Source of the DNA: Podarcis filfolensis | Taxonomy: Eukaryota | NCBI GenBank assembly: GCA_964270895.1 | Contig: OZ185440.1 | Strand: one strand, 5' to 3' | Length of the DNA stretch: 64,000 nucleotides | In this document: positions 40,180-52,639 of the stretch, one piece after another | How positions within the stretch are numbered: position 1 is the first letter of the stretch | How the letters are laid out: every line of letters starts with the position of its first letter | Translations under genes and position numbers: made by a program | Notes under the pieces: generated by a model | What the model saw: the letters and a program-made list of their open reading frames with translations, nothing else | What the model was told of the DNA's origin: nothing | Databases searched by the model: none

Positions 40180-40421
40180 CAGTGGTACCTCGGGTTAAGA
40201 ACTTAATTCGTTCTGGAGGTCTGTTCTTAACCTGAAACTGTTCTTAACCTGAAGCACCACTTTAGCTAATGGGGCCTCCCGCTGCCGCTGCGCTGCTGCT
40301 GCATGATTTCTGTTCTCATCCTGAAGCAAAGTTCTTAACCGGAGGTAATATTTCTGGGTTAGTGGAGTCTGTAACTTGAAGCATATGTAACCTGAAGCGT
40401 ATCTAACCCGAGGTACCACTG
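40180..40421 (+). mobile_element. Tigger-like 242-bp MITE
   Basis: TIR cagtggtacctcgggtta / taacccgaggtaccactg; TA TSD. Confidence 0.92.
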
Positions 40422-40457
40422 TACAAACCAACCAGCATTCCTCTTGATGTACTAGCC

Positions 40458-40708
40458 CAGGGTAGGCAACCTAAGCCCCGGGGGCCAGATGCAGCCCAAT
40501 CGTCTTCTAAATCCGGCCCGTGGACGGTCCGGGAATCAGCGTGTTTTTACATAAGTAGAATGTGTGGTTTTATTTAAAATGCATCTCTGGGTTATTTGTG
40601 GGGCATAGGAACTCGTTCATCCCCCCCCAAAAAAATATAGTCCGCCCTCCCCACATGGTCTTAGGGACGGTGGACCCGCCCATGGCTGGAAAAGGTTGCT
40701 GACCCTTG
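40458..40708 (-). mobile_element. hAT MITE (19271 family, opposite orientation)
   Basis: Reverse complement of the 19271 element; TSD tactagcc / tagaagcc (6/8). Confidence 0.85.
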
Positions 40709-40719
40709 TAGAAGCCAGA

Positions 40720-41530
40720 AACCCTGTGCGCACTTCATGGCGCGTAGGCAAGCCTCGTTGGATCCGGTAGGGCTTACTTCTGAGTAAACATGCAACATGG
40801 GCCCGGACTACACACAGCCTTCTTTCCCCTCCCACCACAATTTACTCCCGTCAATAAAAATAATAATAATAAAGTAATAAAAACTCCAGCAGCATGGTCG
40901 AGGTCCGCAAACCTTAAATCAACCCGGCGTTCTTTTTGCTGTTGCATCGAACAGAACTTTCCATAAAAGAATACACCGGGGTGTATTTATTTTTATTATT
41001 ATTATTTTGGAAACCAACCACCCTGCTCAAGTTTTTCTTTCATCGCTCTACAAAACCAAAAAGGCGCCACTCTTACCTCAGGGGATGCTGGTTCGCGGCG
41101 CTGGAAGGGAAAACCTCGGCAGCCGCGCACTCCTCGCCCCAATTTGGGCGGCCGGTGAGACTTAGGACGCCGCCCCGCTCGTCGGGCGCGGATCCTCCGT
41201 CGTTCACCTTCAAGCGGCTTGGCCGGGACAGGAGCGCTGCATGGTTCCCCGACCGCTGAGCCGGCGGTAGTGCTGCTGCGAGGCGAGAGTTTCGCAGCTC
41301 AGGCAGGCAAGCAAGCAAGCCGCCAACCAACCCCGGGCGGCGCGCGCTGCAAACTCAGGCAGCTGCAGGCACGGCGGCCAAGCCCCACACGAGGCAGCGC
41401 CGGCGCTCCGGGAGTGATTGAGAGCCGCTTCGCAGCCACACCCCTGCGCCGCCGGAGCCCCCTCCAGAGGAGCTATTTACATACGGTGACCTCCCGTTGC
41501 CCTTTGCCGCGCCGAGAACTTTTCCTTTAG
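40720..41530. promoter_or_regulatory. CpG island / BCAR3 promoter
   Basis: The only non-repeat GC- and CpG-dense stretch in the window (densest 41085-41520). It contains GC boxes (gggcgg, ccgccc) and overlaps the first exon. Confidence 0.85.
41077..41360 (-). other. BCAR3: BCAR3 non-coding first exon (5' end approximate)
   Basis: Strong minus-strand donor CCCCTGAG|gtaaga at 41077/41076 at the edge of the CpG island. Splicing to exon 2 gives CCC TGA GAA TTA AGA ATG, an in-frame stop before the ATG, consistent with a UTR exon. The TSS cannot be fixed from sequence. Confidence 0.7.
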
Positions 41531-42049
41531 TCCTCCCCATAATTCTTCCCTTTAAAATCAGCTCCCTGAAAAAGTCATGATTTACTACTTCCTAAAGGCA
41601 ACCTTTTTTTTATTTTTTGCCGCTAGGTCAGGCCAGGCTGTTAAGCGCAGCTGATTTCTTTAGCTTGAGCCCCTCCCTTGACTGGCATCCAATCTTCCCA
41701 GCCATAGTTTGTGGTGGGTGGTTTTTTTCTTCTTCTTTTTGGTCTTCTTGTCAAAAACTATTCACCGTGTCAGCCAAAGGGGCCCGCATACCAGCAAATA
41801 AGCACGCTTAATTAAAACAGCAGGTGAGGAAAGCAATAAACAAGACAGCCCTCTCGTCCCTGTGTGATTTCATCCTTCGCCAGGCTTAAGGAGAAGAGAA
41901 ATTTATACCACCGCCCACCAAATGTGGATATCCGACGGGTCAAACTGAGCCGCAATACTGGCTGCCTCTGAACGGTCATATGATTGCCACGGTTCGAAGC
42001 AAAGCCGGCCCTAACATTGGGCAGAATTCAAGTGGTCCATCTATAACAG

Positions 42050-42662
42050 TGCATATACCTGAAGGAGTGTCTCCACCCCCATTGTTCAGCCTGGACACTG
42101 AGGTCCAGCTCCGAGGGCCTTCTGGCAGTTCCCTCACTGCAAGAAGTGAGGTTACAGGGAACCAGGCAGAGGGCCTTCTCGGTAGTGGCACCCGCCCTGT
42201 GGAACACCCTCCCATCAGATGTCAAGGAAATAAACAACTACAGTGGTACCTCAGGTTAAGTACTTAATTCATTCCGGAGGTCCGTACTTAACCTGAAACT
42301 GTTCTTAAACTGAAGCACCACTTTAGCTAATGGGGCCTCCTGCTGCTGCCACGCCGCCAGAGCCCAATTTCTGTTCTCATCCTGAAGCAAAGCTCTTAAC
42401 CTGAAGCACTATTTCTGGGTTAGTGGAGTCTTTAACCTGAAGCATATGTAACCTGAAGCGTATGTAACCTGAGGTACCACTGTATCTGACTTTTAGAAGA
42501 CATCTGAAGGCAGCCCTGATTAGGGAAGTTTTTAATGACTTGATGTTTTAATGTATTTTTAATCTTTTGTTGGAAGCCACCCATAGTGGCTGGGGAAACC
42601 CAGCCAGATGGGTGGGGTATAAATAATAAATTATTATTATTATCATCATCATCATCATCATT
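42050..42662 (+). mobile_element. L2 3' fragment interrupted by a Tigger-like MITE
   Basis: gagggccttctcggtagtggcacccgccctgtggaacaccctccc L2 3' UTR; resumes after 42484; (att)n/(cat)n tail. Confidence 0.85.
42241..42482 (+). mobile_element. Tigger-like 242-bp MITE
   Basis: TIR cagtggtacctc / gaggtaccactg; TA TSD; nested in L2. Confidence 0.92.
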
Positions 42663-43984
42663 AATTAAAATATTTATCACAGGAACCACAGAGGTATATT
42701 TAAGGCAAGGTGTAGGTGGTTCAAGGAGGTCCAAGGTTAATTGAAAAGGGATCCCAACTATACTGAAAATACAGTTCAGGAATACTAGAGATCTGTAGAA
42801 GAACTAGAAGATTGCTGTTTGGAGCGTGTCCTCTTTACTGTCAACATCAGTTCTCCCTCCCTCTCAATGCATTTCCTTCACAACTAACCTGCTCCAAGGC
42901 ACAGCAAGCAAGGCATCACAGTCTGTTTCTGAGTCCTAGAGTTAAATCTCTCCCTCTCCTTTATCAACTAGCCGCCTGACCACAAAAGCAGGCATTGTTG
43001 TGGGGGCCTCAATCCCCCTGGTCCATCTTGGGGGAGAAGGGCTGTGGTCCCCTCTCCCCCTTTAGAGTCCCAGGTGTATCAACATGGCGGAAACACCGTC
43101 TGAATTTTCTGCATGACTCCGATCTAAATAACTACTTTATGAGCGCACAAGGACTTTGGCACACCCAGGAGGATTTTTTACTTTGAGAAGCCAGTCAGCT
43201 CATCCCTTCCCCAGCCCCTATCATATCACAAACTGCTTTAGAAAGCCTCCTCATTTTCAACAGGCATTTGCCTTGCAGCATGAAAAACTGCCCGTTCCAA
43301 AATTCAAGTGCTTATAAATCTAGTTGCTTGGATCCAGCAACATGCCCAAGGCATGTTTTGGTAAACTGTTTTGGTAATCATGTGGAAAACATGATTATAT
43401 GACTTAGCCAAGAGGGACTATCATCATTAGTTGCCATTCGGACTGAACTGGGACTAGAGGCATACCTGGGCTTGCTTGCACATTTAGCAAGGCGATGTAT
43501 TGGCACGAGTGCAAACCCATCTCCATTAAAAAACATGGCGTAATTCACAATCACAAATCGCAAATGACCCTTAAGCTGGGCATTTAACAACGCAATCCTA
43601 TAAATGTCTAGTCATCAAGTTTGTTGGGGTTTACTCCCAAGAAGCTAGGTGCATAGGACTGCAGTCTAAATCTAGCAAGCCAACTTCAGACAATACCTCA
43701 CTTGCCTTCTCACTTCTGACGAGGTGCCAGAAATAAGCCCCACTTAAGTCAATGGCCATTGCTCTCTGGGGTCTTGGGCGGGCTGCCCCTCTGCCAGATT
43801 GCTTGATCAGGTGCCTTTTCCAGTAGCACCAACTGTGACTTGTTGGGAGAATACAATTGGGCAAGACAGCTGGCCAGCAACCAACAAGCATCTAACCAGC
43901 ATCAGATCAGGAGGGCGGCAATTGCCAGACGGCACCATCCATACACAATGTCCAGTGTCTGCCACCTGAAGAACAAACCATAAT

Positions 43985-44480
43985 ACTTAGCCACGGTTTG
44001 AAATTGGCTTAGTTCAATAAGTCACAGTTAACACTAGCCACAGTCTGAGCTTGTTTGGACAGAATGCTAAATAATGGTTTAGTACGGTACTTACCGTAGT
44101 AAGCGGGCTTTGGGCTTAGAAGCTCCCCTCACATGGACGTGAGGAGGAAATCTGAATCTGTGGCTTGTCTGTTTACCTAACCACAGTTACTCACTATGTT
44201 GAAACCCAGGTAAACTGTGGTTAGTCTTAACTTTGATTTAGGGAAACATGCCAACTTCAAATGACAGTTCACGATCTTTCCCTAAACCATTGTTTGCGGT
44301 TTGGATAAATCATGGTTAATTTAAAATGGAAGCAACTGTTTCCACACTCCCTGTCATACATGTGCTGGTGGGGGGAGAGTACCTGAAACTGAGGTAGTTT
44401 AGTGTTTTGTCTTAACCAGATCATTTGTTAGGCATGAGAAGTTGTGGTTAGCTAAAAACAGCAGAAAATGCTTCCAATTT
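43985..44480. repeat. Old aaaccatggttt/aaccacagtt-rich dispersed repeat (possibly PIF/Harbinger-like; similar tracts at ~36440-36985 and ~46900-47160)
   Basis: Recurrent short palindromic aacca(t/c)(a/g)gtt motifs; no clear termini seen. Confidence 0.3.
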
Positions 44481-46550
44481 CCTCTAAGCCATACTGGAGG
44501 AGAAGGGGGGGTATATGGGCCTGAGGTTTGTGTATGTAACACTAAACTATGGCTTAGTGTTGTATCTAATACAGTACTGTATATAATTTTCCATATATGT
44601 ATATTTTGTTATTTTGCAAAACTATGTGAGTACACTTTAAAAAAAACCTCCCTAAGAAGAAACCATTAATTTTGAGATAAGACAGCCACAGGCAGCCTCA
44701 CCCAGAAATAGAAAAAGGACTTTCTTTCTTTTTAATTCTAGGAATTACTGTACAGCCTTGTTTATTCATAAGGCATGGAAGAGATATAAGAGTCTTTCAG
44801 ATAGTCATGCTTTCTGATAAAGCAGAGGGTAAAGTATACATTACATGGGGAATGTACTATTAATATATAATGCAAAATAAGATAAAATTAGAATTTTTAA
44901 TAGCCCTTTCTGATAAGAAAAGTTCTACTGTCTTCTCATGTGTTACTCTTTTTTGCAAATAGTTCCTGGAATGGCACTAATCTATGTGGTCTTGCAGGAA
45001 GAGAACTGAATTTGGTTCTGGGTTGAAATTACACATCTGCCATGACCTCAAGTATGTGGCTTTGGGCAAATTACCGTAAGTATCTTTCAGCTTTGTTTGA
45101 AAAGAGCATAATAGTGACTATTACCTACCTCACAGGGTATTGTGAGGACAATCAATAAAGTTTTATGGGGAAGGGGAACAAAAGAATGAAAGAAAGCAAA
45201 ATAAAATGAGTTGTTCACTAGAGGCTTTGGTAGTGTTCTGCAGTCTTCTGCAGCCCAGAATTACAAGGAACTCCAGTTCATATTGTCCTGTACCGCATGG
45301 GCCTTATTTTCCATTCAAATAGCTGTAGACTTTGTTTCTAATGATTGATTCACACACTTACCCAGCTAATTATCATTGTTCTGTGGTGGAGGGAGCAGAC
45401 AGGCATGTGCACCTTGTTCTAGCCTAGGCCTAAGCACAGAAGTCCAATTTGCATGATCCTTCCTCCTCATTAAAGGGAGGGAAACACTGCATGAATTAAA
45501 TCCATGGACTGGAGTTCACCATGTGAATATATGAATTCAGTCCTATTATATAATCTCCGTGTTTGGTTTCTGGGATTAAGCTAAATGCCTATCAATAATC
45601 CATTCTTTTACAGTATATGTTTTGGACATCTCTATACACCTCCTAATCTAAAAGAATTTGTGTTTTCAGATTTGCTTCTTTTTATTCAAGGTTATGTCCT
45701 CTTGCTACCAGTTCCTCAAAACTCCCACACTGCCTGAGAGTTGCCTCTCTCTTTCCTTGAATGTTGACATTCTGCAGCTGTGTTGTCTTCTGTAATCCCC
45801 AAAAGTTTTTCTTAACATTGTTCTATTACTTTCTTTCCTTTGTCTGAGTTCATAAGCCAGGAGCTCAAAGGCTTTCCTGCTACTACATTGGTAATAATTC
45901 TGCCTTAGCCAGCAATTTATATTTCTAAATAAAACAATGGTTTTTAAACAAATACTGTTCCATAACTTTTGTCAGGAGTCTTGACTGCTTTTTAGATAAC
46001 AATATTTTTTAACAACTTCTATTCCAGAACCTGTTGTGTTTTCATCTTTCTCTTCATCGCAGAAAGCTATTCCAACGAATGTTTTCTTCTCAGGCTATAG
46101 CTAAATGACTACAATCAAATTCAAACTGTGTAGATCTGTTGACTCTATCTCAAGGGTACCATGATCACAATGATTATTCGTGGTTGAACATAATAATTGT
46201 GTCAACCAAAAATCTTAAGAGCCAAGGGTATGTGAAAGGTACACATTGAGCTGGCTGAGACATACAAATCTTGGCTTTGTGCCTGTGTGCTCCATCCTCA
46301 TGTTGCCTCTTCCCTCCTCAGCCTGCTCAGATTATATTTATTTAAACCGTAAAATATAGGATACAGCATAGACATAAAATCAAACATTTTTTAAATAGCA
46401 TCAAAATAAAATCAAAACCAAACCAGCAAAGGGAGTAGTACCAAAGATCTGCAAAGCACTGAAATGCTTAAAAAAATAGCAACAGCTGTAAAGCCTGGAA
46501 ATCTCATAGTTGTAGAGTTGGAATGAAGCCCAACGGTCATCTATCTAATC

Positions 46551-46676
46551 CAAGCATGGCCAAACTTGGCCCTCCAGCTGTTTTGGGACTACAATTCCCA
46601 TCATCCCTGACCACTGAGCCTGTTAGCTAGGGATGATGGGAGTTGTAGTCCCAAAACAGCTGGAAGGCCAAGCCTG
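46551..46676. mobile_element. hAT MITE inserted into a CR1-type 3' tail
   Basis: Perfect TSD atctaatc. The host motif gtagagttggaa...ggtcatcta|atccaaccccctgcaatgcag is split by the insertion. Confidence 0.88.
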
Positions 46677-49344
46677 ATCTAATCCAACCCCCTGCAATGC
46701 AGAAATCTCAACATGTGGTTCCCCATCCAATTTGAAACCATACCAGACCCTGTTTAGCTTTGCAAATGTGCTAGCAGTTTCATTGCTGCACAGCTCTTCA
46801 CCTGGTGCTGAAAGTACCACAATGTAGACACAAAACAGGCTTCTTTGGGAAGAAAATTCCACAACCAGGGCCAACTGAAAAGGTTGTTTTCTTTATAGAC
46901 ACACTCATCCAGAATGCAGATGGCTTCTATTAACTGCAGTTTCCTGCTACATCTGAACCAGAAAGCCATGGTTACCAGGTTCACAAGCAGTCAGAATCTG
47001 AAACCACAGTTTGAAACTGCTAGCACATTCAAACCACAGTTTGAACTTGACTTAAGATCCTGCTTTGTTCTGAAACTAGTAGCCATGATTTCCCAGTTTG
47101 GACATAACAGGAAACCCATGGCTAATGGAAGACTTCGTGGGTTAATATCAGTGTGCTGAGGAATAAAGCTCTTTTTTGCTTATTTTAGAATTCCTCTTTT
47201 TGCTGTCTTTTCTTTCGGACTATCAGGGTCATTGAACAGTAGATTGTTTTCACTTTAACAGGCTTCTGCCTCATCATCAAACTTGTCACAGAAGTGAGAG
47301 CAGCTGAGAGGCAAGGACAATTATTTCAAGATAACAAGATCCTGACAGCTGTAAGAATGTTATAAATACAGTCATTCACAAGGGCAGTAAAACAGATGAA
47401 ACCACTGGAGAGTAGATTTAATTCACCTCAGGTGTCACCTTTCTCCTATTCTTTCATCTTCTTTGCACCTTAGCCTAAAATATTTATTGTCTTTCCTTAA
47501 GTCTTTTTTTTTTTACCCGAATGATCTAGAATTGGATCAAACACTCTGTTTTAATATTTCCACCAGACACTGTCTAAAAAAAAATATCAAAGTATCTGAA
47601 GATTATAAACTGTAAATTTTAAAGAAGAAGTATTGAACTAAATATGGAACGTAGGCAGAAACTACCTTCAAAACATTCATCTGCAAAGGAAAGAGGAAGC
47701 TCCAGTGGATTTGGAAACAAAGGGATGAAAGGAGGGCAAATAAAACTTATCGCTAAGAACATAAGAAGAGCCTGCTGGATCAGACCAAAGGCTCACCATC
47801 CTGTTCTCAGTGGCCAACCCAATGTCTATGGGAAGCACACAAGCAAGACCACAGTGCACCAGCACTCTGTCCAACTCTGCCATCTCCAGCAACTGCTCTT
47901 CAGAAACCTAGAGACAGAACACAGTCATCCCACCACTAGTGGGATCACAATCCATAGTTTAACTGTGCATGAAGAAGTACATTCGTTTGCCTCTCCTGAA
48001 TCTTCCAGCATTCAGGTTCAACTAGGAAGTTAACTCAACATTTATTTATTTTTAATGGGAACTATACTGGGCCGCTTCACAAATTCAACTGGTTGAGGAT
48101 TACCATGGTTGATAGTGTAAGCATAAATAAGGCACTTTGCAAACTGGGTGCTGTGGGATGAAAGCATCCCAAATGCCGAGTTTAAAAGGGTCAATGCTCA
48201 CAAGGGCTATAGAACTGTGTGATGTCATATGCCTGAGGCAGTTATTTCAGTTGGTACAGTTAACGGCAGTTACGGAAAGTCTTTTAACAGTCTGAGCAGC
48301 AGGTATGTTCTGTTGTGCTGCTGCCTGCCTCAGAGTTAGTCTGTATTTATCTTGGATGCACATCTATGTAAGATGTCTTGGCAACATAAGCAACGCCTAT
48401 CTGCGTTGTATATTTTACTCTGCAAGTGCAAGTACGCTAAGTAAAATGTGTTTGTTCTTTAAACTTTAAAAGAGAGCACCTTGCGTAGTTTTTGTACGAG
48501 GGAAAAGGGAACTAATTAAAGGGTCAAACGACCCGGGGAACTAGAGTGTAATTCCCACAGGTGTGCCATACACAGGCCCAAGCATACATAGACTTGAATG
48601 GTACAATTTCCTCCCACCCTTAGGGAGCAGGAAGAACCATATGCATTGGACCTCCATAAGTACAAGACGATGGCTGGAGTGCCCGGTTTATGTAATGTCT
48701 TATATGCACCATGGGGAGAAGTGACTGTACCTGCTCCTTCCACAGCAGACTGCCAGTCCCTAGTTATGTCAGTGTGTAAGCTGAGCTTTTGCACCCACCA
48801 TGCAACACATTTCTGTTGTGTTTTTGGGGGATTCTCCAAATCTTAGCTGGCCTTGGTAGCTAGTCATTATTTGTGGTTCTCTCAACCCTACCCTACCTGA
48901 GTCCTCTTTCATACTGAGAGTATTCAAGGGAAGGGAAGGGCCAGCTATTAATTTTGTAGTGATATTTGCAAGTGTTTGGAAGTAGCAAAAAACCCCACAT
49001 CTTGTTGCTTTCAGTCACCTTAAAAGGATGACATATAGTAGGGTGTTTGTTTGTTTTTTGTTTTTATAAAATGATTTTTTTAAAAAATTGCCCCTTTTTC
49101 CAAGTTCCAGAGGAAGGGCGACGGAATAACCTCTCACTTCATGCCTGGATTTGGAGGTGCTCAAGGAAAGCAATAATCTCTAGTTCTGCATATCCTGGAG
49201 CCACGTGTGAGACTGCATTCCTACCAATCCCAAAGTCTGCTCCATACGCCGGAGGATCTATCTCTTCCACGCATCACAAAAAAGAGACACCCCCCCCAAC
49301 CTCCAAATCTGTTTCAACCAGTAGTCAGCATGCTGTCTCTAGCA

Positions 49345-49665
49345 CAGTGGTTCTCAAGGGGTGTGGTGCGCCACACTGGTGTGGCAGGAGAGGGTGGCAA
49401 GTGTGGCAGGAAGATTTGAGGGCAATCAACATTATATTTGAGGAATGATTCATGTTCTTATGTAGCTGCATTGTTTTATAGTTTCTGAGTGTCCCATGAT
49501 CATTTTATAAAGTAGTTGTGTTCTATGTTATATAAATTAGGCACTGCTAGGAATTCTTTCTTTTCGTTTTGCAATGTATTTCTCATCAATAAGAAATCCG
49601 GAGGGGCGCGAGCATATTTGTATTCTGAAAGGGTGACCCAGAGGAAAAACGTTTGAGAACCACTG
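49345..49665. mobile_element. hAT (Charlie/SPIN-like ends) MITE
   Basis: TIR cagtggttctcaa / ttgagaaccactg; TSD ctctagca / ctctagga (7/8). Confidence 0.85.
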
Positions 49666-49785
49666 CTCTAGGAAGAACAGAAGCAGGACATGAAGGCCCT
49701 CCATTAATTTGGGACCCCGTAACTGACACAGCAAATCGGGGGCTAATGTCCCCAAATGCAACCTTGTCCGATTGTCCAAACAGGT

Positions 49786-50028
49786 GAAGAGTTTGGATTT
49801 GATATCCCGCTTTATCACTAACCGAAGGAGTCTCAAAGCGGCTAACATTCTCCTTTCCCTTCCTCCCCCACAACAAACACTCTGTGAGATGAGTGGGGCT
49901 GAAAGACTTCAAAGAAGTGTGACTAGCCCAAGGTCACCCAGCAGCTGCACGTGGAGGAGTGGGGAATCGAACCCGGTTCACCAGATAACGAGTCTACCGC
50001 TCTTAACCACTACACCAAGCTGGCTCTC
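49786..50028 (-). mobile_element. tRNA-CORE SINE (MIR/Ther1-derived, Squam3-like)
   Basis: Head gagagccagcttggtgtagtggttaagagc...gggttcgattcccc, CORE-like ctgggtgaccttgggctagtcac, tail ending ctcttc. Confidence 0.8.
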
Positions 50029-50227
50029 CGCCAAAGTTTTGTGCTCGTTTTGTGCCACTTTGTGCTTCAAAGCCCACATTTTGTGCCACACCCGCCCCCA
50101 AACAGAGTAATCAAACATTCAAACCGGGGTCACAAGTAAATGGCCCCAAACCCAGCCTTGTCTGATTGACTCCAAACCAGTCCCAAGTTGTGTGCTGGTA
50201 CATGAAGGCAACAGCCCTTCACGGTTA

Positions 50228-50579
50228 GTAAAGGTAAAGGGACCCCTGACCATTAGGTCCAGTCGTGACCGACTCTGGGGTTGCGGCACTCATCTCGCTT
50301 TATTGGCTGAGGGAGCCGGCGTACAGCTTCCGGGTCATGTGACCAGCATGACTAAGCCGCTTCTGGCGAACCAGAGCAGCGCATGGAAACGCCGTTTACC
50401 TTCCCACCGGAGTGGTACCTATTTATCTACTTGCACTTTGCCGTGCTTTCGAAGTGCTAAGTTGGCAGGAGCAGGGACCGAGCAACGGGAGCTCACCCCG
50501 TCGCGGGGATTCGAATCGCCAACCTTCTGATCGGCAAGCCCTAGGCTCAGTGGTTTAACCCACAGAGCCACCCGCATCC
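50228..50579 (-). mobile_element. Sauria SINE (Squam1-type), full length
   Basis: Reverse-complement relative of the 26896 copy; tail appears as gtaaaggtaaagg on the + strand. Confidence 0.9.
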
Positions 50580-50730
50580 AGCATATAGTACCCAGAGGCC
50601 TCCTCCACTTGGTTATAATGGTTAATAGCCTTTGATAGACCTATTTGTGTGAATTTGTGACATCTTTTTTAAAAGAGTCAACAAAGCTAGTGACATTCAC
50701 TATATCTTACGACGGTGAGTTCCATAAAGT

Positions 50731-50864
50731 CAGGGATGGGGAATTTATGGCACTCTGGGGTTGTTAGACTCCAACTCCCATCAGTCCCAGGCAGCATGAC
50801 CAATAGTCAGCAATGATGGGAGCTGTTCTCCAACATCTGGAGGGCCAGAGGTTTCTCATCTCTG
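50731..50864. mobile_element. Decayed ~134-bp hAT MITE within a CR1-like fragment
   Basis: Core caactcccatc...gatgggagctg...acatctggagggcc shared with the 1036 family; no clean TSD. Confidence 0.6.
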
Positions 50865-52397
50865 TGAACATATTGTGTGAACAAGATTTTTCCTATTTGC
50901 ACTTACAAGAAGCCCCCAAATATAAAGGAAGTGCCTATTGGGTGGATCTCAAGCAGGGTAGAGTTCATTAGAAGCATATCTGAAGATACCCAGAAAGAAG
51001 ATGGAATAGTTCTCATTTTTTAAATGTCTGAAAAACAACCATTTATTTAAAAAAAAACAACCAAAAATAACCTCTCTTACATAGATTGTGCCTGGCTCAA
51101 TTTATAAACTCACTCTGGAAGTTAATTCAAGTTAATATAATGAAATATCTCATGTTGTCTCAGCAAAATGGCTCCTTTCCAAAGTTCCAACATAGCAAAA
51201 GGAGATTATTTAGGATAAATTGCTTTAAATAACATTTGGAGTTGTGTAAGAATTCAGGAGCCTATGTCTCAATTCAAAACAGTTTTTAGCACACTTATAG
51301 AAGAGTAAGTTCGTATAACATTCTGACATCTGGCACTCAGTAGCTGTTATACAGAAGTTCATTTTTGAAAGTTGCTGGTATAATTCAGAACTGTAGTGGA
51401 ACACATACATTTAGCAGAAAATTTCTATTAATTCAATAAACTATATTAATATGCAGTGCAAACATGATAAAAAGACAGAGGCCACAATCCATTAACATCA
51501 ATTAACAAATGAGTCATAGCTAACTTACTTACTGAGCAAAACAAACTTTCACAAGAAAGAAACATAGAATTGTAGAGCTAGAAGGTATCCCAAGGGTCAT
51601 CTAGTCCAACCCCCTGCAATGCAGGAATCTTTTGCCCAATAGATCTCACCTGAGACTCCAGGGGCCACTACCAGCCAGAATAGACAATATTGTGCTAGTT
51701 GGACAAACAATCTGACCTGATATAAGGCGCCTTCCCGTGTTTCTGCATTTGTGGTCTGGTGACCATAAGACTGTGGCTCAGAAAATGTAATACATCAACA
51801 CAGTCTAAAAATATACTAGTTAAAAGCAGTTAATAAATGGTACAAAATACCAGTTCGTTAAATGCACACATTGGTATATCATATGATTTTTCAGTGGTCA
51901 CATTACTATGAGTACAGCAAAAGAAATTAACACCAGACTTCCTCATGAAACAACCAAGTGCAACATAATGATGACAATTACTCGGGTCATGTGATCATGT
52001 ATCACGCATATCATTCTTCAAATCATGCAGCATTACTTCCTATTAGTTTTCCATTTCTTCAGATTAGTACTTGCAAATGAAAATAATGAAATGCAGGAGA
52101 ACTTTGCACCATTTCCAAAGTTAAGAATGGAACTATTGCTTTCAACTCAGGGCTACCGCCCCCATCCCCCCAAAAAGGAATTGGACTCTGGGTCACAGTT
52201 CCTTTCCATTCACAAAAGGGCAACTCAAGATTGAAGCTCTGAGTGTCATAATGGCAACCTTATAGATATTCCCACTATTTGAAGGATGACTGGATCACTC
52301 ACTCACTCACTCACTCTCTCTCTCACTGTATGGAACTTCAAATGAGAAACTTGATATCTTGCAAGGATAGAAATTGCTTCAGTTTCTTCCAGCAATA

Positions 52398-52639
52398 CAG
52401 TGGTACCTCTGGTTACGTACTTAATTCCTTCTGGAGGTCTGTTCTTAACCTGAAACTGTTCTTAACCTGAAGCACCACTTTAGCTAATGGGGCCTCCTGC
52501 TGCCGCTGCGCCATCGCTGCACAATTTCTGTTCTCATCCTGAAGCAAAGTTCTTAACCCGAGGTACTATTTCTGGGTTAGCAGAGTCTGTAACCTGAAGC
52601 GTATGTAACCTGAAGCGTATGTAACCCGAGCTACCACTG
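52398..52639 (+). mobile_element. Tigger-like 242-bp MITE
   Basis: TIRs and TA TSD; same family as 40180 and 42241. Confidence 0.92.

Noticed and set aside
49950-50028. tRNA-like sequences (also 10905-10957, 26896-26970, 50500-50579, ~3960-4030)
   Set aside because: They are SINE heads that run into SINE bodies; no closing acceptor stem.
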